From a virus (lineage: Duplodnaviria > Caudoviricetes), in the IMG/VR virus record IMGVR_UViG_3300042327_001260, positions 32,001 to 96,000 of that record: DNA of 64,000 nucleotides, one strand, 5' to 3'. The position numbers and the translations under genes are program-made. The notes below the pieces were generated by a model. The model did not search any database and was not told the DNA's origin. It saw only the letters and a program-made list of their open reading frames with translations. Position 1 is the first letter of the stretch, and the number at the start of each line of letters is the position of its first letter. Positions 18,388-27,450 of the stretch are shown here, piece after piece.

Positions 18388-19860
18388 ATGAACCCAAACA
18401 AAAGATTATTAGAAGAAATAAGTAGATTTAAAATGATGTCGAGATACCAACCCGGTAAGTTGATTAATGAACAGTTAATTAACGAAGAACCGGATTACCC
18501 TAAACCGACTGATACACCATTGTCTGAAGTTGAATTGTATAGTGTTGCCGATAAAGAGTTAGTTGAGAGAGATATGGTTAGGGTTTTAAATCAGATTATT
18601 GAAGTTGATCAAGATGAAATTATGTCTAAAATTAATGTTAAAGTTAATGAAAAACTACAACTTGTACTTGATGATATAAAAATATTACCTTTTAAAAAGG
18701 TATTAAGTGGTGGTAGAATTTATTTAGGTGATTATTCTTGGAATGAAAGATTAAGAGACATGTCAAGTGTTGAAGATAAGTACATTTATGTTAAACGACC
18801 GGGAATAAGTATAGGGGACGGACCTGTTTATATTGGTGATTACTATAATAAATTAATTGCAAATGACCCAACACCTGGAAAACAATTTAGTGCGTTTTTT
18901 GAAAAATACAAAGATAAGAAATTAGAAAGTGGTGTTAATATTTCTGATTATGTTAAACAACAACTAGAAAATTTAAAAGCAGAAGTGTTTATAGTTCCAA
19001 TTAGATTTGACGAAAGATTTAAAATTGAATATTCTTATCGGGATTACGAAAAAGAATTTGGTTTTAGTATACAACAAGAAAAAACATCAAGAAAAGATTA
19101 TAATGATTATGCTTATAATATTAATGAAGAAATACCACTAGATAAAATAGCATTTCCAAAAGTACCTGTTTACGTAGGGCCAAATCGTAAACAAACATAT
19201 AAAATAGAATCAAGGTATTTACAGTTATCGTTTGGTGATTTAGTTTTAAGTATACCGCCTGAAATGAATGACTTAATTTATGCGGTTACCCCGACACCAA
19301 CACCAACTTCAACCCCGACACCAACACCAACTCCTGAAGTCATTGCTTTTGATTTTGTCGTGGAAACCGCAAAAAATTATGAGTTTGATAAAGCAGAATT
19401 AACTCAAGATGCTAAAAATGAAATTGATAAAAATATAACGGCTAAATTTCTAAGTATATTACCTAAATACCAAGAAGGTTATCTTAATTTTATAAAAGAT
19501 AAAGAAATACCTGTTTACGCTTATGCTTCTATTGATGCTGATCCAGATTATAAGGATGGAGGGTATTATGAAGGTTGCTCCCAATATGGTGTAGGTAAGG
19601 GACCTAGAAAACTTTACAATAAATGTTTAAGTCAAGCTAGGGCACAAAAGGTTGTGGATTATTTAAAAACAACACAAGGGGGTATTTTTAAAGACGTTAA
19701 TTTTAAACCTGTAGGTATGGGTGAAACATGTGAATTTAGTGGTTTATGTTGGAAGGTTAAAAATCCAGGATCTAATGAAAAAAGTCCTTATAGTACCTCT
19801 AAAACTTACCCTGATAGAAGGTTTAGTGTTAACTTCCCTAATTATCATGCGGATTTTTAA
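18388..19860 (+). CDS. Leader-bearing protein with PT linker and C-terminal OmpA-like peptidoglycan-binding domain
   Basis: LLEEISRFKMM leader; (TP)n linker; YEFDKAEL..YNKCLSQARAQKVVDYL..GMGE..DRR. Confidence 0.75.
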   Translation: MNPNKRLLEEISRFKMMSRYQPGKLINEQLINEEPDYPKPTDTPLSEVELYSVADKELVERDMVRVLNQIIEVDQDEIMSKINVKVNEKLQLVLDDIKILPFKKVLSGGRIYLGDYSWNERLRDMSSVEDKYIYVKRPGISIGDGPVYIGDYYNKLIANDPTPGKQFSAFFEKYKDKKLESGVNISDYVKQQLENLKAEVFIVPIRFDERFKIEYSYRDYEKEFGFSIQQEKTSRKDYNDYAYNINEEIPLDKIAFPKVPVYVGPNRKQTYKIESRYLQLSFGDLVLSIPPEMNDLIYAVTPTPTPTSTPTPTPTPEVIAFDFVVETAKNYEFDKAELTQDAKNEIDKNITAKFLSILPKYQEGYLNFIKDKEIPVYAYASIDADPDYKDGGYYEGCSQYGVGKGPRKLYNKCLSQARAQKVVDYLKTTQGGIFKDVNFKPVGMGETCEFSGLCWKVKNPGSNEKSPYSTSKTYPDRRFSVNFPNYHADF

Positions 19861-20456
19861 TTATTAATGTAAACAACACCAATATGGAAAGTTGCGTAAA
19901 TACAAATTGATCCTTGGTAATCGCCTAATTTTGATGAGCACGATCCAATTAAGTAGTTTTGGAATCTATTATTCAATATGTATTTATCTTTTCCGTAATA
20001 CTCTAAAACCATTTTGTGTGGTTCTGATGTGCACCATCTATCTACAATTTTTTTTGCCATTTCTTGATATGTCTTACAATCATTAATATATCCTGTGATA
20101 ATACAAACCTCCATAGTCATATTATTTAAATCCCCGCCTTTATCTACGGATAATTTAGGGTTAGATTTTTGAACAACATTAAATACCTTTTGTTGAATAT
20201 CAGTAACTATTGTACCACGTTCAGGATGATAACATTTTTTAGCATCTAACATTTTTTTTGTTTGGACTTTTGAAACATTATCTCTCATTAAACTTGAAAA
20301 ATGTATAGTATTACGTTCTAATGAGTCACGAATATTATTAACCTCAACAAAAATTAAACTATCTAATAAATTATAATTAATTTTTGACATATCTAACGGT
20401 TGAGAAAAACACCCAAAACCTAAAAGTAAAAATAAAACGAATAATAAATTTTTCAT
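19857..20456 (-). CDS. Secreted CAP/SCP-like domain protein
   Basis: Signal peptide ..GCFS|Q; VNNIR..MAKKIVDRWCTSEPHKMVL; TATATTTG at 20477-20484. Confidence 0.7.
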   Translation of the reverse strand: MKNLLFVLFLLLGFGCFSQPLDMSKINYNLLDSLIFVEVNNIRDSLERNTIHFSSLMRDNVSKVQTKKMLDAKKCYHPERGTIVTDIQQKVFNVVQKSNPKLSVDKGGDLNNMTMEVCIITGYINDCKTYQEMAKKIVDRWCTSEPHKMVLEYYGKDKYILNNRFQNYLIGSCSSKLGDYQGSICIYATFHIGVVYINN

Positions 20457-20588
20457 GACTAATATTTTATATAATACAAATATACTTATTTTTTTCTAAT
20501 CCGCACCATTTTTTTAAAAAAAATAACGTAGCGTTTATTTAACATTACCTTAACACCACCACAAAACCATTTTACTATATATTATAGT

Positions 20589-20693
20589 ATGATGACAACA
20601 ATATTAATTACACTACCATTATCTTTCATTTTAAGAACGATTTTAAATGATAGAAAAGAATTTTTAGAGTGGCAAAATAGAACACAAAAATAA
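20589..20693 (+). CDS. Small ORF (34 aa) downstream of a TTAACA-N5-TTAACA repeat
   Basis: Translated by hand: MMTTILITLPLSFILRTILNDRKEFLEWQNRTQK. Confidence 0.35.
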   Translation: MMTTILITLPLSFILRTILNDRKEFLEWQNRTQK

Positions 20694-20720
20694 TACCTAT
20701 TGTTTGTATATTTATTCTAT

Positions 20721-21185
20721 ATGAATCTTAATGAGGAAATAAATAGGATTAAATCACTAATGATGGAAAACGTTTTGAATTATAAAATTCAAACATATGG
20801 AGACATACATTCCGAAGACGGAATGAGAGTGTGTATTCTAACACCAAAAGATGATTATATTGGTGAAACAAACATCATTGGGTTCCAACACGCATTAGAT
20901 AAAAGTCGTGATCTTAAAACGTTTTTAGAAAATCAAAATGATTTATTTAATCAAGAAAATTGTGTTTATCAGTATGGTTTAAAAGTTGATGATAAATTTA
21001 GAAGACAGGGATGGGGTGAAAAATTAAAAGGTGAGTGTGATAATATTGTTAAAGGTAACGGATTCAAATACATTACAAACATAGTTAGTTGTTCAAACGA
21101 AGCGTCACAAGGATTAATGAAAAAAAAAGGTTACCAAATACATCAAACAAACGGAATAAAAGATTTATTATATTTTGAATTATAA
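20721..21185 (+). CDS. Leader-bearing GNAT acetyltransferase
   Basis: MNLNEEINRIKSLMME; LKVDDKFRRQGWG (acetyl-CoA motif A); NEASQGLMKKKGY. Confidence 0.85.
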   Translation: MNLNEEINRIKSLMMENVLNYKIQTYGDIHSEDGMRVCILTPKDDYIGETNIIGFQHALDKSRDLKTFLENQNDLFNQENCVYQYGLKVDDKFRRQGWGEKLKGECDNIVKGNGFKYITNIVSCSNEASQGLMKKKGYQIHQTNGIKDLLYFEL

Positions 21186-21607
21186 TGTTTAACGAAAAAG
21201 AAAGAAGGGACATTAATAGGTATTTGTCAAATCAAACATTTACATGCTCAATTCCATTTTTTACTCCTGACTCCCCTAAATATGAAATTGAATATAGATT
21301 TAATGTTGTTGGTGAAAAAAGAATGATGTCTGTTGGTGAGTATTACATGTATGCAATGATTGACGTTGAGATTATAGATATAGAGGAAAATTATAAATTG
21401 TATTTTAAAATAATGGGTAGGGATTTTAATAAAGATACTATAATCAATGTTTTTTTTAAAAAAGAATACATATTTAAAATAAACCTTGATCAATGTATTA
21501 GTGAAGAGTTGATATATTTTCATACTGGAGATTATCCAAGAATTGTGATTAATGAAATCACGATGTCCGATGAATTGTATGAAAATATTAAAGGTAAAGA
21601 AATTTAA
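21185..21607 (+). CDS. Hypothetical protein
   Basis: 140-aa ORF coupled to the previous stop. Confidence 0.7.
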   Translation: MFNEKERRDINRYLSNQTFTCSIPFFTPDSPKYEIEYRFNVVGEKRMMSVGEYYMYAMIDVEIIDIEENYKLYFKIMGRDFNKDTIINVFFKKEYIFKINLDQCISEELIYFHTGDYPRIVINEITMSDELYENIKGKEI

Positions 21608-21683
21608 GATACGGCTTAGGACCGATATTGCTACGGCAATAAAAACCCCCATAAGTGTCGCTACCTGTGGGGGTTTATCTTTT

Positions 21684-22109
21684 TTATTGGATTTCTAAAA
21701 CTTCTAAATCAAAAATAAGTTTTTCTCCTGCTAAAGGGTGGTTTGCGTCTAAAATAACAACTTCTTCTTTTACTTCTTTTACGACGAAATTAACAACACC
21801 CATTTGTGTGTTTGCTTGAAGAGGTGTACCAACTTCAACGTCACCTGGCATTTGATCTTTAGGTACTTCTTGAATCATGTAGTCATTGTAAGGTCCGTAA
21901 GCGTCCTCAACTTCAAGTTCTACTGTTTTTTTATCACCAACAATCATATCAATTAGTCCGTTCTCAAAACCAGAAATAAGATTACCTTCACCTAATTTCG
22001 CAACTAATGGTTCTCTACCTTCATTTAATGAAGAATCAAAGACAGTCCCATCAACCAACCGTCCTGTGTAGTTTACTGTGACTGTGTCACCATTTTGTAC
22101 TTTTCTCAT
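21684..22109 (-). CDS. FKBP-type peptidyl-prolyl isomerase (SlyD/SlpA-like, no His-rich tail)
   Basis: VTVNYTGRLVDGTVFDSS..LISGFE..AYG..LDANHPLAGEKLIFDLEV. Confidence 0.95.
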   Translation of the reverse strand: MRKVQNGDTVTVNYTGRLVDGTVFDSSLNEGREPLVAKLGEGNLISGFENGLIDMIVGDKKTVELEVEDAYGPYNDYMIQEVPKDQMPGDVEVGTPLQANTQMGVVNFVVKEVKEEVVILDANHPLAGEKLIFDLEVLEIQ

Positions 22110-22176
22110 ATTAATATTTTTATTAATGATACTTTATTTTTTATATTAAGTCAAATATTTATTTAATAAAAGATTT

Positions 22177-22785
22177 ATGAAAAGAATTATTAGATTGACT
22201 GAAAACGATTTAGCAAGAATTGTTAAACGAGTTATTAGAGAAAGTGAAGAGTCAGTAGATATTGAATTAGATACAAATTATAGTGATCCTGAAAAAACAA
22301 TAAAGTCAGATTTAAAAAGGGAAAAAAACGAAGATAGTCTTTATAGACCAATTATGAGTCCTGAAGAAAGGGAGGAAGAAATACAAAAATGTATCTCTGG
22401 TGGTTGGTACCGAGGAGATCCGAAGAGACTTGAATATGAGTGTAGATATAGGGCTGGAATGGAAGATTTTAAAGATTTAGTTTTTGGTTATAAAATGATA
22501 CAACCATTAGAGAATGTTTTAACGGATGAAACGCATAAGGTAGTAATTGCTAGTAAACATTTTAGATTACCTAGTAAAGATAGAGGTAATGATTTAATAA
22601 TTTATCACTGCCCTAATTCTGAAGATAACACAGGTGCAGGATTTTTAGAATATAAAAATACTGTAGAACCAGAACAAGAACAACAAAAAAGAGATGAGTT
22701 ATGGTTAGGTTATTTTTGTGATTCGGTAAATTGGGCAAGTAGAGTTGGTAAAAAAAGAAACATCTTCAGAAATCCAAAAATATAA
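22177..22785 (+). CDS. Leader-bearing hypothetical protein
   Basis: MKRIIRLTENDLARIVKRVIRE; TATTTAT at 22156. Confidence 0.8.
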   Translation: MKRIIRLTENDLARIVKRVIRESEESVDIELDTNYSDPEKTIKSDLKREKNEDSLYRPIMSPEEREEEIQKCISGGWYRGDPKRLEYECRYRAGMEDFKDLVFGYKMIQPLENVLTDETHKVVIASKHFRLPSKDRGNDLIIYHCPNSEDNTGAGFLEYKNTVEPEQEQQKRDELWLGYFCDSVNWASRVGKKRNIFRNPKI

Positions 22786-22812
22786 ATTATTGAATTCTGA
22801 AGATGCATTTAT

Positions 22813-23298
22813 TTAAACGGAAAACTTAGATAAGTCACAATTTTTACTAAAGTAGGTTTTTACTTTACCTCTTTTATTTTTTTCTAAAATTAGAACGTTG
22901 AATTTATTATTTTCTCCTGACGTTATTTTTACTTGATAGGTTTTACCTTTTTTGGCTAAATAATCGAAACAAATAGAACCACTAACTAAATTTGTTGATT
23001 TAATAAAACCTACATTTGTATAATAATCCCTATTACGGTATAAAACTTTTTTATCATTAATATTAAAATAAAAGTAAAAGAACGGTTTAGATTGTTTTTT
23101 ACTTTTACAAGAATATAAAGAGTCAACATTTTCGGTTTTTAAATCATCATTTAAAACCATCATACCCAAAACTTTTAATTTTATAGCAACAAAGTCACCA
23201 CCAAAGTCAGATTTAACAATGTTTGAATCTATTTGTAATTGAGAAAAACCAAAAATAGGTAGAACAAAAAGTAAAATAGATAAAACTAATGATTTCAT
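22813..23298 (-). CDS. Secreted protein (Sec signal peptide)
   Basis: Start reassigned to 23298 (MKSLVLSILLFVLPIFGFS|Q); TATATTTG at 23326-23333. Confidence 0.75.
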   Translation of the reverse strand: MKSLVLSILLFVLPIFGFSQLQIDSNIVKSDFGGDFVAIKLKVLGMMVLNDDLKTENVDSLYSCKSKKQSKPFFYFYFNINDKKVLYRNRDYYTNVGFIKSTNLVSGSICFDYLAKKGKTYQVKITSGENNKFNVLILEKNKRGKVKTYFSKNCDLSKFSV

Positions 23299-23377
23299 AA
23301 TATATTTTTTTAAATGTTTATAATACAAATATACTACATTTTTTTTAATTGCAAAACTATTTATTAAAAAAATAATT

Positions 23378-23710
23378 ATGCAAAGTAGAAAACGTAAATT
23401 AATTCAAAATACAAATTTAATAGTAGAAGAAAGATATTTAAAAAACAAATTTCTTTTTGAAGAGGAAAGTGAAGATTTACCTGAATTACAAGTAACACCT
23501 GAAGGGTTAGGTAAAACAAAAATTAAGTTTACGTGGAAATCAAAAGGGGTTACATTGCCACAAGACGTAAGAGATAGTAAATTATTTAACAATCCTGAAT
23601 TGGGTGATAAGTTTGAACCACTTAAAAGGATTTATGTTGATAACGATGAGGCGGTTAAAGTGGTATCAGATTTTTTAAATTCTAAACAATCTTTATTTAA
23701 AGGAATATAA
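23378..23710 (+). CDS. Hypothetical protein, possibly a fourth leader type
   Basis: MQSRKRKLIQNTNLIVEERYL..LFEE; TATTTAT at 23358. Confidence 0.7.
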   Translation: MQSRKRKLIQNTNLIVEERYLKNKFLFEEESEDLPELQVTPEGLGKTKIKFTWKSKGVTLPQDVRDSKLFNNPELGDKFEPLKRIYVDNDEAVKVVSDFLNSKQSLFKGI

Positions 23711-24115
23711 ATGGAAGAAGAAGACAAACAAAAAATATACGAAAATTGTTTTTATTCATTTGATAGTTTAAAATATATTTTAGAGATTAAGTTTGGTAAC
23801 CTTGTTAGAGATATACAATATGGTATTGTACCGGGTATTAACGAGGACGGTTTAGTTGATCTTGAAGGGGATATGTATTTTGATATGGATTGTCCTGATC
23901 CGGATTTGACATCTGTCACGTTAAGATTAAAAAATTTAGATTCAATATTAAATGATGTTCTTAGCACTTATTATTTTACCAATGAAGGAAATTTAGTAAA
24001 ACACAAAGAAGATACAACATTAATGGGTATTAGTCATATGTTATCTAAATTAGAATACGACCCCTTTGATGAAGTTATGAAAATATATCTTAATATACTT
24101 TTTTTTGATGTTTAA
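23711..24115 (+). CDS. Hypothetical protein
   Basis: 134-aa ORF abutting the previous gene. Confidence 0.7.
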   Translation: MEEEDKQKIYENCFYSFDSLKYILEIKFGNLVRDIQYGIVPGINEDGLVDLEGDMYFDMDCPDPDLTSVTLRLKNLDSILNDVLSTYYFTNEGNLVKHKEDTTLMGISHMLSKLEYDPFDEVMKIYLNILFFDV

Positions 24116-24153
24116 TTTTTTTTTGTATATTTGTAGAATAATCGTTTTACAGT

Positions 24154-24450
24154 ATGGAAAAATTAGAAACCTTAGACTTACCTGAAATCAAATCACTTTG
24201 TAAGAAATACGGCATTAGTGTTGTGGGTGATAAAAAATCTTTAATTAAAAATCTTAAATACTTTTTAGATCCTGTTGTTGAGACATTAAATTCTCATCCA
24301 GGAAGAAAACTACCTGACGATAAAAAAATTGTTGGGGTTAAAGTTAATGAAAAAGATAAGATAAACCTCATCCTTAAAAATAAAGGATCATTTCTTTATT
24401 ACTCCTTCGGATATCATTACTATATTGTTAGTAAACAATTAGAATTATAA
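24154..24450 (+). CDS. Small protein with SAP/HeH-like N-terminal motif
   Basis: LETLDLPEIKSLCKKYGISVVGDKKSLIKNL; TATATTTG at 24126-24133. Confidence 0.6.
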   Translation: MEKLETLDLPEIKSLCKKYGISVVGDKKSLIKNLKYFLDPVVETLNSHPGRKLPDDKKIVGVKVNEKDKINLILKNKGSFLYYSFGYHYYIVSKQLEL

Positions 24451-24463
24451 AGTATTTATAGGT

Positions 24464-24949
24464 ATGAGAGACTTATCAAAACAGTTTAGTGATAAAATGT
24501 TAAGGAACGTATTGAAGCAACTTGAAGATGCGTTTCATTATGAATATAATGGGTATAGTATGCACCAAAGATATGAAGAAGGTTACTGTGACATTGTTGA
24601 TGGTATTGTTAAGTATTATGGGTTACACGATTTAGAGTGGGAAGAGTATGGATTCTTTTTTCAATTAATGGAATTAAATCCTGACTATAGAGATGAAAAT
24701 AAACAAATTAAAGTACCTAAACTTGGTATGTATGATGTTTATTATGATAGTGAAGAAAGACTATGGGTTACATACACATATAAACATAGAGTATATGGTT
24801 ATGGTAGAGACATGGTAAGGGACCAATTAAACAATTCTACAGATTTTGAATATTACGATGGTCAAATTATTAATGAAAGCGTTGATGATTCTGAAGTTGT
24901 TAATGGAAGGATTATAGATGTCGAAGAAGTTAAAAAAGATAGGAATTAA
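24464..24949 (+). CDS. Hypothetical protein
   Basis: 161-aa ORF; TATTTAT at 24453. Confidence 0.75.
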   Translation: MRDLSKQFSDKMLRNVLKQLEDAFHYEYNGYSMHQRYEEGYCDIVDGIVKYYGLHDLEWEEYGFFFQLMELNPDYRDENKQIKVPKLGMYDVYYDSEERLWVTYTYKHRVYGYGRDMVRDQLNNSTDFEYYDGQIINESVDDSEVVNGRIIDVEEVKKDRN

Positions 24950-24993
24950 ACTAATAAATAAAAATAACTGTATATTTATAAAAAAAGAAAATT

Positions 24994-25509
24994 ATGAAAA
25001 AAAACTTAATAAATGAAATCAGTGAGATGAAACGTCTTTTTGGACACCAAAGAGGTGTTGTAATTTCTGAACAACCCGATGTAATGGAACCTGATACTGA
25101 AACTGAGACTAGACCAAAAACTCGCCCTGGAAAACCCGATTCAGACCCATTCCCTAACCCATTTGATCCTGATAGAAGTAGAGAATTTAACCCACTACCC
25201 GATTTAGAACCACAAGGTTATGAGGAAGAAGAATTTTTTATGTCAGAACCTGACGTAATGGAACCTGATACTGAAACTGAGACTAGACCAAAAACTCGTC
25301 CAGGTAAACCTGATAGTGATCCATTCCCTAATCCATTTGATCCTGACAGAAGTAGAGAATTTAATCCTCTGCCTGATTTAGAACCACAAGGTAGATTAAG
25401 TGATGAAGAAAACGAACCTTTTATCGAAGATCCGAGCACTGACTATTCAGAAAGTAGAAGTTTAGAAGACTTAGTTGCAAAATACTTAAAAAGAAGAAAT
25501 TTTAACTAA
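24994..25509 (+). CDS. Leader-bearing Pro/acidic protein with an exact 48-aa internal duplication
   Basis: LINEISEMKRLFG..VISEQ; repeat copies at 25075-25218 and 25249-25392. Confidence 0.8.
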   Translation: MKKNLINEISEMKRLFGHQRGVVISEQPDVMEPDTETETRPKTRPGKPDSDPFPNPFDPDRSREFNPLPDLEPQGYEEEEFFMSEPDVMEPDTETETRPKTRPGKPDSDPFPNPFDPDRSREFNPLPDLEPQGRLSDEENEPFIEDPSTDYSESRSLEDLVAKYLKRRNFN

Positions 25510-25511
25510 TA

Positions 25512-26501
25512 ATGATAAGAAGAAGATTACATGAATCACCACCTGTTGGTGACTATCTACCTGATGAGTTTAAACAACAGGCAAGGCAAGCAGGTACTAC
25601 TCAAGATAGGCAAGAAAAAATGCAAAAATTGGGTAATTTAAATCGCGTTATGAATGAACTACCTGAGGTGGAAAGAGAAAATAAACAAGAGTTAGAGGAA
25701 TTGGCTCAAGAAGCCGTTTTTAGAATTTACCCTGCACTAAAACAAATGGTGGATTCGGGTAAAGTTATAATTGATGCTAAGATAATATCAAATCCTGGAG
25801 GAAGACAAACACCACAAAATATTTCACCAAGGGAGATTGAAAAGGTTAAAGAAAAAAATCCTAATTTTTCAGCATTAGAAAAGAAAAGACATTTTCAAAA
25901 CGCACAAACACAGGCAAGGGCTTGGACGGATGGTTTTAATTATGTCTCACTTTTTATGGAAGATGAATTAAATGATATTAATCCCGCACTTTATAACAAA
26001 TATAGAGACTTTACAAAAGGTATCTCTGATTTTTATTGGGATAATGCTAACATGCTTGAAAAAATGGCTTCTATGGGTGCTGGTAGAATTGCATACTGTG
26101 ATGTTTTACCTATGGAAGGAGGTAAAGTTAAGATTGAAGCAAGAGCACCACACTTTCCTTTACTTGTACACGAATTAATTAAAGGTGCTGAATATTATAA
26201 AACAGCTCATAGTTTACCTAAAGACCCTGAACTAAGGAAAGCGTTAGTAAAATCAACCGATACCCACAAACATGAAATCCAAAACATGAATTTTGGTAGA
26301 CAATTAGTAAATGTAATGAGAGGTATTTTGAGTAAAATTAATGGATATCTTCCTTATATGGAGGTACAGATATCAACTAACATGGATATGTTACCTGAAG
26401 ATACGTATAACGAATATATGGACGCAATTGTCAATAACGACAAAGATGGGATCAGAAGATTTGTAATCTTTGCTGAAAAAATAGTAAATCAATTAAAATG
26501 A
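25512..26501 (+). CDS. Hypothetical protein
   Basis: 329-aa ORF; IEARAPHFPLLVHELIKG motif. Confidence 0.8.
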   Translation: MIRRRLHESPPVGDYLPDEFKQQARQAGTTQDRQEKMQKLGNLNRVMNELPEVERENKQELEELAQEAVFRIYPALKQMVDSGKVIIDAKIISNPGGRQTPQNISPREIEKVKEKNPNFSALEKKRHFQNAQTQARAWTDGFNYVSLFMEDELNDINPALYNKYRDFTKGISDFYWDNANMLEKMASMGAGRIAYCDVLPMEGGKVKIEARAPHFPLLVHELIKGAEYYKTAHSLPKDPELRKALVKSTDTHKHEIQNMNFGRQLVNVMRGILSKINGYLPYMEVQISTNMDMLPEDTYNEYMDAIVNNDKDGIRRFVIFAEKIVNQLK

Positions 26502-26776
26502 GAAGGATAAGTGAATTAGATATTAAAAGAATCGTTAAAAAAGTTATAAACGAAGACGATAAATTTGTAACAGGGGTTGCTGCATCTGAAAGAACCGAGT
26601 TGGTTGATGATGTTATTAATAGAATCAATGAACATGGTATGAAATATATTATGGCTTTAAATGAATTGAATTTTAATTTCCCTACTGAAAAATATAAAAG
26701 ACAGGATAGGGTAAAAAGAAGTGATTTTGAACTACCTAAAGGTGTAAGAGTTAAGAGTAGTCACTTTCCTGATTAA
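26498..26776 (+). CDS. Leader-bearing small protein
   Basis: MRRISELDIKRIVKKVINE. Confidence 0.75.
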   Translation: MRRISELDIKRIVKKVINEDDKFVTGVAASERTELVDDVINRINEHGMKYIMALNELNFNFPTEKYKRQDRVKRSDFELPKGVRVKSSHFPD

Positions 26777-26802
26777 TATTTTTTCATATATCTAAGTAAT
26801 AT

Positions 26803-27450
26803 ATGGATAAATCACAATTATATTGGTTATTTTTAGATTTTATTGGTGGTGAATCGATAGAAATTAATGGATTATACCTAAAACCCGAAAGAATTCTTAG
26901 GGATGGAATAACAATTGAGTTTTCAATTGATAATACTAATGATACGTCTTTCTATCTTGGGGTTGTTGGTGAATATTTAGATGATATTCTATTTGATTTT
27001 AGTAAATTTGTCAACCACAAGTTCAAATATCATATAGACACAAATTATCCTGAGATATATTTCAATGAAACTTTAAAAAATGATATAAAAAAGGTATTAC
27101 AATCAATTACTACTCTTAAATTATCTCGTGAGTACTCATCTCATACTATAATTGCTGAAATAAAAGGGCATAGTGTTGGTTTTAACGTTGAATCCAATTA
27201 CGATCAAATAAATATATGGAATGAATTTGATGCAAAGTCAGGAAAAGTCTATAATGAAACTACAAACACTATACTAACAACAGATTTAAATGAATGTGTA
27301 GAAAATTACATTGGAATTATTGAATCTTATAGTGCATATTTAGAATCTGACACCGTTTATCAAGAATTAGACATGGTTTTAGAAGATTATCCTTTAATTT
27401 CTACCGAATGGATAGCTCAAGTATACCATACAGGGTTTACAAACCTATGA
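26803..27450 (+). CDS. Hypothetical protein (paralog of 9534..10223)
   Basis: INGLYLKP..IEFSIDNTNDTS..YLDDILFDFSKFV. Confidence 0.75.
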   Translation: MDKSQLYWLFLDFIGGESIEINGLYLKPERILRDGITIEFSIDNTNDTSFYLGVVGEYLDDILFDFSKFVNHKFKYHIDTNYPEIYFNETLKNDIKKVLQSITTLKLSREYSSHTIIAEIKGHSVGFNVESNYDQINIWNEFDAKSGKVYNETTNTILTTDLNECVENYIGIIESYSAYLESDTVYQELDMVLEDYPLISTEWIAQVYHTGFTNL

